From: Spirochaetia bacterium
Lineage (GTDB): Bacteria; Spirochaetota; Spirochaetia; CAKZLE01
Length of the DNA: 64,000 bases
Assembly: GCA_963677595.1 (NCBI GenBank)
Contig: OY782041.1
Coordinates: 2,528,001-2,592,000, forward strand
Direction of reading: 5' to 3'
Under the pieces are notes generated by a model, which searched no databases, had not been told where the DNA came from, and saw nothing but the letters and a program-made list of their open reading frames with translations. Position 1 is the stretch's first letter, and every line of letters begins with the position of its first letter. The position numbers and the translations under genes were made by a program. Positions 37,948 through 47,771 of this stretch are shown in pieces.

Positions 37948-39183
37948 ATGAGTATTGTCAAACCGAACAAATTAGGGGTCATCGCCGGCCCTGGCGCCGA
38001 GCCGTTCACCGGCAAGGTACTTCGACACCTGCGACAGCTGTATACCAAACGTTACAAGAAGCTAGCCAGTGCCCTGGTGAAACGCCATGATATGACGGAG
38101 GAGGAGATCCTCAAGTTCGTCACCCTCTACGAGGATGTCAACAGTAAGAAGATCCCCCACTACAAGCCCTCCAAGACCTATCATGCCCCCAATTTCGATA
38201 TACCGGTGAAGTTCACGAAGTTCGCGAACGGCGAGGTGAAGGCAGAGATCCTCCAGTCGGTCCGCGGCTTGAGGATCTTCGTCATCTTCGACATGGCGAA
38301 CCAGTACCCGGTCAGGATCAGCGGCTGCGACGAGCCGGTCGTCCTGAACGTCAATGACTACATGATGTTCCTCTTCACCACCATCAATGCCGTCAAGGTA
38401 GCCGGTGCGGAGAGTGTCCACCTCGTGCTCCCCTCATACCCCTATGCCCGTCAGCACAAGAAGTCGGGACGGGAAGGGCTCACGGCCAGCTGGTTCGGCA
38501 GGACCTGCGAGTTCATGGGGGTCGAGCGGATCATCACCCTCGATATTCACTCACGGGAGATCGAGAACTCCTTCGGTGACCTGCGGCTCGAGAACCTCCA
38601 TGCCTCCTACCAGGTGCTGCTGCAGCTCAAGCGGCTCGTCGACTTCGATGACCCGGACCTGGTGGTCGTCTCCCCGGACACGGGAGCCGTCGCCCGGAAC
38701 AAGTTCTATGCCGAGGCACTCCATAAACCGCTGGCGATCCTCTACAAGGAACGGGACTACTCGAAGGTCAGTACCAATGCGAAGAACTCGAACATCAGCT
38801 CCATCAGGCTGCTCGGGGATGTCAAGGACAAGATCGTGCTCATGGCTGACGACATGATCGGGACCGGCGGCACGCTGCTGATCGCCATGCGTGAGCTCAA
38901 GGCCCTTGGGGCGAAGAAGATCATCTGCGCTATCAGCCTGCCGTTCTTCAACGGCAATGCCATCGATACCTTCAACAAGGCATATGAGGACGGGGACTTC
39001 TTCCGGATCATCGGGACGAATGCCGTCTACCATGATGAGCGGCTTGCGAACATGCCGTGGTTCATCTATACCGATGTCTCTGACCTGTTCGCCCGGATCA
39101 TCTCACGACTGCACCACGGCAGGACCCTCAGTCCACTGCTCGACAACAGGATGTTCATCACCCGATTGATCAATGGCGACTAG
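37948..39183 (+). CDS. prs: Ribose-phosphate pyrophosphokinase
   Basis: FANGE, PYARQ, LDIH, VVSPDTG and DDMIGTGGT motifs. Confidence 0.93.
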   Translation: MSIVKPNKLGVIAGPGAEPFTGKVLRHLRQLYTKRYKKLASALVKRHDMTEEEILKFVTLYEDVNSKKIPHYKPSKTYHAPNFDIPVKFTKFANGEVKAEILQSVRGLRIFVIFDMANQYPVRISGCDEPVVLNVNDYMMFLFTTINAVKVAGAESVHLVLPSYPYARQHKKSGREGLTASWFGRTCEFMGVERIITLDIHSREIENSFGDLRLENLHASYQVLLQLKRLVDFDDPDLVVVSPDTGAVARNKFYAEALHKPLAILYKERDYSKVSTNAKNSNISSIRLLGDVKDKIVLMADDMIGTGGTLLIAMRELKALGAKKIICAISLPFFNGNAIDTFNKAYEDGDFFRIIGTNAVYHDERLANMPWFIYTDVSDLFARIISRLHHGRTLSPLLDNRMFITRLINGD

Positions 39184-40552
39184 GACGGTCCTCGCAATAG
39201 ACATCGGAACCTCCTCGGTGAAGATGGCCTTGATCACGGAAAGCGGGGAACTCTCCTCCTATTCCCGTACATCACTGCATCCCTACTACACAGACCATGA
39301 CCCGGCAGACGCCTGGGTGAAGGCGGTCACCGAGGGGGCATCCGCCCTGGTCGGTATCGCATCCGCTGCTGCCGTCTGCGTCACGGGTAACGGACCGACG
39401 CTGGTTCCCCTTGATGCGGACCTGCAGCGAAGTGCCCCTGCCGTCACCTGGATAGGGACGAAGCCGAAGCCCCTGGAGGAGTGCCGGTCCCTCTACCTGC
39501 CCCGCCTCATGGCAGAGGCTGAGCAGGACCCCGGCCTTACGAGCCGGAGCAGCTGCTTCATCGGCTGCCCGGAGTACATCACGCTTCGTCTCACCGGCAT
39601 TGCCTCGACATTCCTCCCCGATGAGCGGTTCACCCCCTATATATGGGATGATGCGCAGCTCGGGAAGCTGGGACTCGACGGGGGACTCTTCCCCCCCATG
39701 GTCGATACCGGGGAGCGGATCGGGCATGTCACCGCAGGAGCTTCTGCGCAGTTCGGGTTACCTGCCGGCATCCCGGTCTTCGCCGGCCTGGTCGATTTCC
39801 ATGCCGCCCTTCTCGGCTGCGGGACGGTGCGACCCGGCATGACCTGCGACCGTGCGGGTACGTCTGAGGGGATTAACTATCTCTCCCCTGACCCGATCGC
39901 CGGGGATGGCCTGCGGACCCTTCCCGGGATCACTCCCGGTACCTGGACCGTCGCCGGCCTGCTGCCCGCCTCGGGAGAGGTCTTCGAGTGGTTCAGGTGG
40001 GAAGCCGGCTTGGAGGAGCTCTCCTATACGGAACTCACCCGCCTGATCACGATGAGTGCCCCCCAGCAGGAGTACCGGTTCTACCCCGTGCGGGATTTTT
40101 CCAAGGACCCGGGAGACCCCTTTGCAGGAGGGGTGTTCTCCGACGGCGGGAACTGCAGTGATGACCCCGGGAAACGGGGACGGGCTGTCGTCGAGGGGAT
40201 CGGTTTCTCCGTGAGGAAGGCCCTGGACCTGCTCGGAGACCAGGGATGCCGGGTAGATTCCCTCCGCCACTGCGGTGGACAGGCACGCTCCTACCACTGG
40301 AACTACATGAAGGCGCAGATCCTCCGGGTCCCGGTCGAGGTCCCCAGGATCATCGATGCAGAGCTGCTCGGCTGTGCCGTCGTCGCCCTGACCGGTCTCG
40401 GGCACTTCGGCAGCCTGGTCGAAGCGGCAGAGAGCCTGGTCGTGGTAGACCGCATCTACAGCCCGCTCAAACGGACTGCGCTTCACTATGATTCGAGTTA
40501 TGAGCTGTGGCTGGCTGGTCAGGCTCCCTCTTCTGCACTGTACTCTTCGTAG
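39173..40552 (+). CDS. FGGY-family carbohydrate kinase (xylulokinase-like)
   Basis: IDIGTSSVK, AGTSE, RAVVEG and GGQA motifs. Confidence 0.87.
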   Translation: MATRTVLAIDIGTSSVKMALITESGELSSYSRTSLHPYYTDHDPADAWVKAVTEGASALVGIASAAAVCVTGNGPTLVPLDADLQRSAPAVTWIGTKPKPLEECRSLYLPRLMAEAEQDPGLTSRSSCFIGCPEYITLRLTGIASTFLPDERFTPYIWDDAQLGKLGLDGGLFPPMVDTGERIGHVTAGASAQFGLPAGIPVFAGLVDFHAALLGCGTVRPGMTCDRAGTSEGINYLSPDPIAGDGLRTLPGITPGTWTVAGLLPASGEVFEWFRWEAGLEELSYTELTRLITMSAPQQEYRFYPVRDFSKDPGDPFAGGVFSDGGNCSDDPGKRGRAVVEGIGFSVRKALDLLGDQGCRVDSLRHCGGQARSYHWNYMKAQILRVPVEVPRIIDAELLGCAVVALTGLGHFGSLVEAAESLVVVDRIYSPLKRTALHYDSSYELWLAGQAPSSALYSS

Positions 40553-41508
40553 ATGGCGTTGAACTCATCCTCATGGCTGAGGAAGATCTCCACGAGGGTA
40601 GGGTCGAACTCGGTCCCGCTATGGTCCTTCATGTAGGTCAGCGTCTTCTCGTGGTCCCAGGACTGCTTGTACTCCCTCTTTGAACGGAGGGCGTCATACA
40701 CATCCACGATCGTGACGATCCTCGCCTCGATGGGGATAGCATCCCCGGCAAGCCCGTCAGGATACCCCTTCCCATCCCATCGCTCATGATGCGACTTCGC
40801 GATCCTTGCGGCCGTCTGGAGGGTCGGTACCTCGACGAGGATCTCATAGCCGATGAAGGTATGGGTCCTCATGATCGACCGTTCATGGGAGGTGAAGCTG
40901 TTCTTGCTCAGCAGGATGGTATCGGCGATCCCCACCTTCCCGATGTCGTGGAAGCGACTCGAGAGGGCGATGTCGTCACACTGTTTCTCGGGAAGCCCGA
41001 GCAGCCTGGCGAGGAGTCCCGAGTAGACGCTGATCCGCTTCATGTGCTGGCCGGTCTTGTTGTGCCTGAGCTCCGCAAGGTCCGCGAGGGCCGTGTAGCA
41101 CTGGAGGCGGATCTCCTTCTCCTGGGTCTTGAGGCGGTCCTCCGCATCGATGAGCCGCTGCCCCACGGCGATATGGCTCTTGAGCACACCGGGAGAGACC
41201 GGTTTTGACTGGAAGACATGTGCCCCGCTGTTGATGGCCTTGACGAGGTCCTCCTCGGAGGTCTTCGCGGTAAGGAGGATGATGTAGATCAGCGGGGACG
41301 AATCTTTCAGGGCGGCGCAGATGTCGATCCCGGTGTACCCCTCCATCATCCAGTCCAGGACGGCGATACGCGGCGGGTCCTCGCTGGTGAGGTATCCCAT
41401 GGCCTCGGTCCCGTTCTCACAGGTGATGACCTCGTATCCCCAGTTCTTCAGCTGGGCCTTGAGGATGAATCGTACTGAATGGTCGTCGTCAGCGATGAGT
41501 ATCTTCAT
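40519..41508 (-). CDS. Response regulator with HD-GYP phosphodiesterase domain
   Basis: REC domain (ADDD, LDWMM, KP); HDIGK and HHERWDGKGYP motifs. Confidence 0.93.
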   Translation of the reverse strand: MKILIADDDHSVRFILKAQLKNWGYEVITCENGTEAMGYLTSEDPPRIAVLDWMMEGYTGIDICAALKDSSPLIYIILLTAKTSEEDLVKAINSGAHVFQSKPVSPGVLKSHIAVGQRLIDAEDRLKTQEKEIRLQCYTALADLAELRHNKTGQHMKRISVYSGLLARLLGLPEKQCDDIALSSRFHDIGKVGIADTILLSKNSFTSHERSIMRTHTFIGYEILVEVPTLQTAARIAKSHHERWDGKGYPDGLAGDAIPIEARIVTIVDVYDALRSKREYKQSWDHEKTLTYMKDHSGTEFDPTLVEIFLSHEDEFNAIYEEYSAEEGA

Positions 41509-41858
41509 GGTTCCAAGGACTCCCGGTATGCTCTCAGTTCCGTGAAGAACTGCGTGATCTCTCGTGAGAAGATCTTGAAGGCATCCCTGCAGGTCCCGAC
41601 GTCCCCCTGTTTGGCGGCTTCGTTGATGTACCGGGCAGTCTTGCTCGGCTGGTTCCCGCCCACGTTTCCTAAGGACCCCTTGAGTGTATGGGAGGTGTTC
41701 CTTATCTCCTCGATATCGCCTGAATCGATCGCCTGTTCCAGCTTCGTCACGGTCACAGGATAATCGGCCAGGATGATCTCAACGATCTCATCCACCATGG
41801 ACCGGTCCCGCCCGAAGAGCAAGTCGAGGCGCTGGGCATCGAACACCTTCTCAATCAT
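41505..41858 (-). CDS. Hpt (histidine phosphotransfer) domain protein
   Basis: HTLKGSLGNVG motif. Confidence 0.88.
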   Translation of the reverse strand: MIEKVFDAQRLDLLFGRDRSMVDEIVEIILADYPVTVTKLEQAIDSGDIEEIRNTSHTLKGSLGNVGGNQPSKTARYINEAAKQGDVGTCRDAFKIFSREITQFFTELRAYRESLEP

Positions 41859-41928
41859 CTCTCTGATCCCCTCATTACGCTATCATACCATATACCGGAA
41901 TGAACGTACAACCTGAAACTCTGTCTCC

Positions 41929-43173
41929 TCATGCATGGCCCTGCTGTATGAGTGCCCGGTCCAGCGGGTAGCCCCAGTAGGCTGCCTGCAGGATATGGCG
42001 CACATCGTCACAGGAGACCTGCTCCGGGTTGTAGAAATGGGAGCCGTCCCCGAGGGCCTCACACGCGATGAGGTCCAGATGGTCAGGGCGAACTGCCGGA
42101 CCTCCTGCACGGTCGGTCACATCGTGGAGCCTGGTCACGTGTTTCCCTGCGGTTGCCCTGTTCAGCCGGTCATTGAGGTCCCTGATGGCCGTGATCATCT
42201 CCTCCGCGTCCCTTGGTTCCCCGAAGAAACAGAAGGAGAGGTCGGTAAGTTCCTTCCGGATCTTGTGCAGGTTGTACTCGAGCCCGTAGGGGAGCAGGAT
42301 GCTCATCGCCAGTCCGTGATGCACGCCGCAGATCGAACCGACCGTATGGCCTACCATATGGACGATCCCTACCATGGAGTTCGAGAATGCCTGACCGGCG
42401 AGGTTGGACCCGACAGCCAGGGCGAGCCTGCTCTCAGTGTCCTTCGGATGCTTCACCGCATGCTCGAGGTTCTCCAGGATCAGCCGGATCGCCTCTAAGG
42501 CCAGCCCGTCGCTCAGGGGGTTCTTCCCCAGGCCGGTATAGGCCTCGATCGCATGGGTGAGCGCATCCATGCCGGTCGCCGCAGTGATGTGCGCGGGCAG
42601 GGTCACCGTCAGGGCAGGGTCGAGCAGGGCTGCGGACGGCTGGATGAAGGGGGAGGTGAAGAGCATCTTCCGCTTCCGTTCATGGTCCTTGATCACCGCC
42701 ACGAGGGTGGATTCACTCCCGGTCCCCGACGTGGTGGGCAGGACCACGAGTGGACGGAGTTCCCGGGAGATGATGTCAGCCCCGGCAAATCGGCGGAGGT
42801 CGGGTTCCTCATCCTTCCCGGAGAGGGAGACCACGATGTTCACCCCCTTTGCCGTATCGATTACCGAACCCCCTCCCAGGGCGATGATCCCGTCGCATCC
42901 GCCGTCCCGGTAGGCTGCGGCGATCGTGTTCACCGTCCTGAGGTCGGAATCGGGAGGGATGTCGGTGAAGACGGGCGGCTGGTCATGCTCATCGCTGCCG
43001 AGAGCCTCGATGATGGTCCCGACCAGGCCCGCTTTCTCGAGTCCCTTGTCCGAGAGGATGATGGGGTTCGAGACGTGCAGGGAGTCGAGCAGGTAGGGCA
43101 GACGCTCGAGGGCGTGCTCCCCTGAGATGATCCGGGGCCGGGAGGAGAAGCGGTAGAAGGACGGAAGTCTCAC
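41929..43173 (-). CDS. Iron-containing alcohol dehydrogenase
   Basis: GGGSVID.AK, PTTSGTGSE, DALTHAIE, H..GH and HG motifs. Confidence 0.93.
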   Translation of the reverse strand: MRLPSFYRFSSRPRIISGEHALERLPYLLDSLHVSNPIILSDKGLEKAGLVGTIIEALGSDEHDQPPVFTDIPPDSDLRTVNTIAAAYRDGGCDGIIALGGGSVIDTAKGVNIVVSLSGKDEEPDLRRFAGADIISRELRPLVVLPTTSGTGSESTLVAVIKDHERKRKMLFTSPFIQPSAALLDPALTVTLPAHITAATGMDALTHAIEAYTGLGKNPLSDGLALEAIRLILENLEHAVKHPKDTESRLALAVGSNLAGQAFSNSMVGIVHMVGHTVGSICGVHHGLAMSILLPYGLEYNLHKIRKELTDLSFCFFGEPRDAEEMITAIRDLNDRLNRATAGKHVTRLHDVTDRAGGPAVRPDHLDLIACEALGDGSHFYNPEQVSCDDVRHILQAAYWGYPLDRALIQQGHA

Positions 43174-44294
43174 AGTTCACCTCCCATGATGGTCTCACTC
43201 GACGAATGGGTGACGAGGTCCCTGATCAGGGTCAGGACCTCGGAGTTGTCTTCATGACTCATGAGCCGGTAGGACTGCCGGACCATCGATGCGATGATCG
43301 AACGGGTCCTGCCGCAGTGAAAATAGGGCTCATACCTCCCGAGCAGGTCGATGATCATCTCGTCGGCCCGCTTCCATGGGCGGGGACCGCTAATGATCTC
43401 CATCTCCCCGAGCAGCCGGTCATAGGCGGACCCCTTGCTGAAATCGAGCTGGTGGAGGAAGTAGGGCAGGAGGGCCGAGGCTGCCTGGGCCCCGGTGGAG
43501 AACCGCGATATCCTGCACATCTCGGCAAGGATCATCACCGGTCCCGGGGGGAAGTTGCTGTGGACGATCTGGGCTGTGACGGCTGCATCGACCAGTGCGA
43601 TGCGGGAAGCCGGTGTGTCCATCCCGGCATGGTCTGAGAGGAAGTGATAGACCGATTTCGTCAGGCCGAGGGTGATCGGGTTCATGACCTGCTTCCGGTA
43701 GGCCTCACAGCTCTGGGCAAGGGTGATCACGGCGGCGGATGCGAGTGCTTTCCTGTCGGCGCGGCTCAAGACCCGGTCATCGATGACGATGCAGTCGGGG
43801 TAGAGCGAGGTGTCGTGGAACCTGAACTCGTCGATGAGCAGCCGGTCAGTCGCCTCCCACCCGTCGATGTACTCATCGAGAACTGCGATATAGGGCATGG
43901 TAACATAGGCATCACAGGGGAGAGCTCCGATCTCCTTCAGCGTGAGGCCGCAGCTGTACATGATATTGAGCAGTTTCGCCACCGACTGGATCGTACCGCT
44001 CCCGAGGGCGATGATGGAATCGCTCCCCGATTCCTTCATGAGGGTGAGCAGCTCCTCGAGCTCTCCTCGGCCGGGTTCGTCTGCGAGGCGGCAAACCGGG
44101 CCGATCTCGAGGGCGGGATCGCTGCATGCGCCTGCAAGGAGTCTCTCGATCCGTGCCCCCCGGCTCTCATGGCTGAGAATGACTGGATGGTGCACTCCCC
44201 GCGCACGCAGTTCACCCGGGATCGTCTCAAGGGCCTTCAGGCCTGAACAGACAGTCGGACGTGCAAGGAAATCATATTCAAAAACCGTTCTCAT
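43170..44294 (-). CDS. Degenerate iron-containing ADH paralogue
   Basis: Same fold cues (SG..ALE.IP.EL, IIALGSG....AK), but the metal ligands are replaced. Confidence 0.75.
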   Translation of the reverse strand: MRTVFEYDFLARPTVCSGLKALETIPGELRARGVHHPVILSHESRGARIERLLAGACSDPALEIGPVCRLADEPGRGELEELLTLMKESGSDSIIALGSGTIQSVAKLLNIMYSCGLTLKEIGALPCDAYVTMPYIAVLDEYIDGWEATDRLLIDEFRFHDTSLYPDCIVIDDRVLSRADRKALASAAVITLAQSCEAYRKQVMNPITLGLTKSVYHFLSDHAGMDTPASRIALVDAAVTAQIVHSNFPPGPVMILAEMCRISRFSTGAQAASALLPYFLHQLDFSKGSAYDRLLGEMEIISGPRPWKRADEMIIDLLGRYEPYFHCGRTRSIIASMVRQSYRLMSHEDNSEVLTLIRDLVTHSSSETIMGGEL

Positions 44295-44303
44295 CCAACT
44301 CCC

Positions 44304-44828
44304 CTAATACCCGATGATCGTCCGCAGGTAGAGCCTGCCGCGCAGGGATGCCAGTCTCCCCGGCCTTCTGTAGCGTTTGACAGCCCGTTTCGAGAGGAAG
44401 GCTGGCAGCAGGAGTATCTCTATCTCATCGAGGACCCTCACGAAGGTGCAGCCGTGGTCCAAGTCCCCGACCATGCTGATCCGATCATGGGCCGCAGCTG
44501 CGGCAGTGCTCTCCCGGAAGGTGAGCAGCAGCATCGCAGACTCGATGTCATGCACCTGGAGGTCCAGGTCTATTCCACGCTCCCCTGCATCCCTGCCGAG
44601 GTAGCTGATACCGCCTGAGAGGCTCTTCCTGATGACCATGCGCGGTCCGTCCGGCATGACGCTCAGGGCGAAGGTATACTCCTCAGGCAGGGAGAAGAGC
44701 TCCTCCTTGATGAGCGGGTCCAGGTGGACCGACGCCTGGATGGACCTTCCAACGAACCAGAGCAGGGTCCTGAGGTAGAGTCTCTTGAACGGCTTCCTGG
44801 CCGGATGCAGCTTCTGCTTCACTCTCAT
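44304..44828 (-). CDS. Hypothetical protein, possibly SCP2-like lipid-binding fold
   Basis: AAGGAG RBS; V.PDGP...RK, DL.L and RI...GDL patterns; first gene of the ADH operon. Confidence 0.6.
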   Translation of the reverse strand: MRVKQKLHPARKPFKRLYLRTLLWFVGRSIQASVHLDPLIKEELFSLPEEYTFALSVMPDGPRMVIRKSLSGGISYLGRDAGERGIDLDLQVHDIESAMLLLTFRESTAAAAAHDRISMVGDLDHGCTFVRVLDEIEILLLPAFLSKRAVKRYRRPGRLASLRGRLYLRTIIGY

Positions 44829-44951
44829 AACGGTAAAAACTCCTTGCAATATTCTAATACACAAGCTCAGATATGTATACCTGTTATCGGGACAACCTCG
44901 CATGCACTTCTCATTGACAGAGACAACCCCGTGGTAGTAGAGTGGTTGGAA
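44740..44951. repeat. Long direct repeat, copy 1 (IS target-site duplication, 212 bp)
   Basis: Matches 47110-47322 with 3 substitutions and 1 indel; abuts the IS end. Confidence 0.92.
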
Positions 44952-47109
44952 CCTGTGTTTTTACCAATTTAGGAAATGACGGCGCTAACCTATTGCAATA
45001 CAACACAATAGGTCAGCACCTGGCTAAAAAAACTTGTAGTACGTCCCTACCGTTTCCGGTTTTTTTTCGTCTCAGCGATCATCTTCTTGATCGCAGCTCT
45101 CGAGTATACATTCATGCCGAACGGGATTCCCATCTTTTCCTTCAAAGCCTTTTGGACTTCATCGTACTGCAAAGTCATGTACGTTGCCCCAGTGATCTCT
45201 GCGACATTCGCCTGATTCAGGGAAGTCCCTATCTGCTCTGTTGAGAATTCATGATCGAGTTCATGCTCCAGGATACGCAGGATGAGCAGAGCGATGAAGC
45301 AGGTAAGGAAGTGGGAATGAATTCGATCCTCTAAAGACAGAAAGACCGGACGGGCATCCAACTCACTCTTGGTGACCCTGAAGGACTGTTCGATCTTCCA
45401 CAGCCCATGGTACATCGTAATAATATCCAGAGGGCCAATCGGCCGGTTGAGCTGCAGCATGCCCTCTTCTTTGAGCCAGCGGTGAGGTGTGGCAAACGCA
45501 GGCTCGAGTTCACCGGTCTCATGTCCCCTGGCATCGACAAACGGTCTGAGCCCCGTCACATTGGTCTCAATGACATAGAATCCGTCAAACGACTCATCTT
45601 CTTCAAGCTTGGCAGCATCAAACTCCGTCTTGGCCTTATAGTTGTCGGTATACTTCTTGGTCTGGGGATCATAGACCATGGTCATCAGATACTTGTTCTT
45701 CCCGTAGTTACTGTCGATGACTTCCTTACTCTGCCGTGATGATGCATCAAGCGCATGCTCTACCGCTTCCAGCCGCTGCGCTTTGGCTCGTTTGTCATAC
45801 GCACGTGACCAATAGATGATCTGGTAGTGGCCAACACCTGAGGAGGCTACCCGCTTGCCGTCCGTGTTCGTCACATAGGTGGGTTTCTGCTCATCAAGGA
45901 TCTTGTACTTGGACCAGACTGCCGTCTCGTTGTCACCAGGCGCAATGAGCTTCCCGTCTTCCGCAAACCGCAGATAGCCATGAGGATCCCTGACCGCCTG
46001 CTTGAGTTTTTTCGTCCCGCCCCGTACCGACTTGCTGAAGACATACCCGTTATGATGGAGGATCACATCTGCGATGTTGTTCCCCGTGAGCATGGCCTTG
46101 TCAGCTACGAAGATCAGATGCTTGGCCTCAAACAGGGTTCTGGCATGCTCGCTCATTGCTTCAAAGGTCAGGCAGTCATTGACATTACCGGGAAACAAGT
46201 CAAAGGACACCGGGAAGCCCTGTTCATCCATGAACAGCCCCATCTGCACGATCGGTAACGGACGGTGCTCCTTGCAGATTCCCCTTATGCGAAAATCATC
46301 AGCTTCGTCGATCTCAAAGTAGTAGTTGGTCACATCATAGTACATGAGGGTGGTATCCCGGTCATAGAGTTCTACCATCTTCGCATGCAGGTGAGCGATC
46401 AGGTCATCAGTCCAGGGGTTGATGTGAGAAAGGGTCTGGTATACCGCATTGAGATTGAAGTCCATCTTGTCAAAGTATCGCCTTCGAGACTTCCAGGTAG
46501 CGCGTTTGGAGGCAGGAGCCAGAATACGCTCATAGATGAGGAGTTTCATGACAGCGGTCAGATTGAACTGCACATCAAGCTTTATCCGGCGCCGATCAAA
46601 GAAGGTGTGGAGGTCAAGGGTGTGGAATACCTGACTGATCGCCGCATGGCCGATGTTGAATTCACGGGAGAAGCTGTGGGTATCCGGATCGAAGGGAAGC
46701 CGTGCATCGGGTTGGAGTTCAACCCCTATAGTCTTCTGCTGAGCTTTCCGCTCTGCTGTGATCCGCTTGGCCTCTGCTTTGAAGTGAGCGACCGGGTCAT
46801 CATAGCGATCAAGGAAGTCCTCGACATAGCCGATGGTTTCCTCCGTGGTTTTCTTAGTCTTTTTCCCTTTGCGGGTACTTGTGACGTACTGCATCAGATG
46901 CTTGCCGGTTGCGTGTTCTGGGATAACGGAGACATACATGGGCTACCTCCTGTGTAATATAGTGTAACACATTTGGTAGCGTGGCGCAACGTGGTACAAC
47001 GTAGCACAGTAATATTTCTTTAAAAATTCGTAATGGCCAAAAAAATAGCCCTAGACAGGGCTGAAATGGGGAAAATGGGCATACTCGCTAATTCTGGTAA
47101 AAAGACCGG
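44952..47109 (-). mobile_element. IS1634-family insertion sequence
   Basis: Terminal inverted repeats CCTGTGTTTTTACCA / (rc) CCGGTCTTTTTACCA, a transposase, and flanking direct repeats. Confidence 0.92.
45047..46939 (-). CDS. IS1634-family DDE transposase
   Basis: YYDVTNYYFE, KEHR..PIVQMGL, VADK.M, Y..LWKIEQSFR..KS....RPVF and HF..CF.AL motifs. Confidence 0.93.
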   Translation of the reverse strand: MYVSVIPEHATGKHLMQYVTSTRKGKKTKKTTEETIGYVEDFLDRYDDPVAHFKAEAKRITAERKAQQKTIGVELQPDARLPFDPDTHSFSREFNIGHAAISQVFHTLDLHTFFDRRRIKLDVQFNLTAVMKLLIYERILAPASKRATWKSRRRYFDKMDFNLNAVYQTLSHINPWTDDLIAHLHAKMVELYDRDTTLMYYDVTNYYFEIDEADDFRIRGICKEHRPLPIVQMGLFMDEQGFPVSFDLFPGNVNDCLTFEAMSEHARTLFEAKHLIFVADKAMLTGNNIADVILHHNGYVFSKSVRGGTKKLKQAVRDPHGYLRFAEDGKLIAPGDNETAVWSKYKILDEQKPTYVTNTDGKRVASSGVGHYQIIYWSRAYDKRAKAQRLEAVEHALDASSRQSKEVIDSNYGKNKYLMTMVYDPQTKKYTDNYKAKTEFDAAKLEEDESFDGFYVIETNVTGLRPFVDARGHETGELEPAFATPHRWLKEEGMLQLNRPIGPLDIITMYHGLWKIEQSFRVTKSELDARPVFLSLEDRIHSHFLTCFIALLILRILEHELDHEFSTEQIGTSLNQANVAEITGATYMTLQYDEVQKALKEKMGIPFGMNVYSRAAIKKMIAETKKNRKR

Positions 47110-47322
47110 ATGGACCTTCCGACGAACCAGAGCAGGGTCCTGAGGTAGAGTCTCTTGAACGGCTTCCTGGCCGGATGCAGCTTCTGCTTCACTCTCATAA
47201 CGGTAAAAAACTCCTTGCAATATTCTAATACACAACCTCAGATATGTATACCTGTTATCGGGACAACCTCGCATGCACTTCTCATTGACAGAGACAACCC
47301 GGTGGTAGTAGAGTGGTTGGAA
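47110..47322. repeat. Long direct repeat, copy 2 (213 bp)
   Basis: Duplicate of 44740-44951; contains the first ~29 codons of the 44304-44828 gene and the divergent promoter region. Confidence 0.92.
47285..47314 (+). promoter_or_regulatory. Sigma70 promoter of the ferredoxin-AOR operon (also present in repeat copy 1)
   Basis: TTGACA-18bp-TAGAGT. Confidence 0.55.
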
Positions 47323-47335
47323 AGGGGTGAGCCGG

Positions 47336-47752
47336 ATGGCATTGGTGATCAATGAATCCTGTATCGGCTGCGGGGCATGCAAAGAGGTGTGCCCGGTCGG
47401 GGCGATCACGGGTAAGAAGAAAGGCAGGCACACGATCGATGAGAAGCTTTGCATAGAGTGCGGGGCTTGCGGCAGGGTGTGCCCCGCCGGGGCCGTGGAT
47501 GACCTGTCGGGGACCCTCATGAAAAGGGTCCCGCGCAGCGAATGGCTCGTTCCCCACATCGACATCTCGCGATGCGTCTCCTGCGAGAGCTGCGTCGAAG
47601 TCTGCCCCGCGGATGCCCTCGTCATGGTCGATGATGAGTACCATGGCCGCCTGATCCCGGCACTCGCCTATCCACGATCCTGCGTCAGCTGCTGGTGGTG
47701 TTCGGAGCATTGTCAGTTCAGTGCCATCACCATGCACAAGCTGGTGCTGTAG
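47336..47752 (+). CDS. Polyferredoxin (four 4Fe-4S motifs)
   Basis: Four CxxCxxCxxxC motifs. Confidence 0.92.
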   Translation: MALVINESCIGCGACKEVCPVGAITGKKKGRHTIDEKLCIECGACGRVCPAGAVDDLSGTLMKRVPRSEWLVPHIDISRCVSCESCVEVCPADALVMVDDEYHGRLIPALAYPRSCVSCWWCSEHCQFSAITMHKLVL

Positions 47753-47771
47753 CGGGAAACAAAGGATACCT

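Noticed and set aside
47020-47625. 201-aa minus-strand ORF spanning the IS end
   Set aside because: A chimera of ferredoxin antisense, the duplicated promoter and the IS terminus
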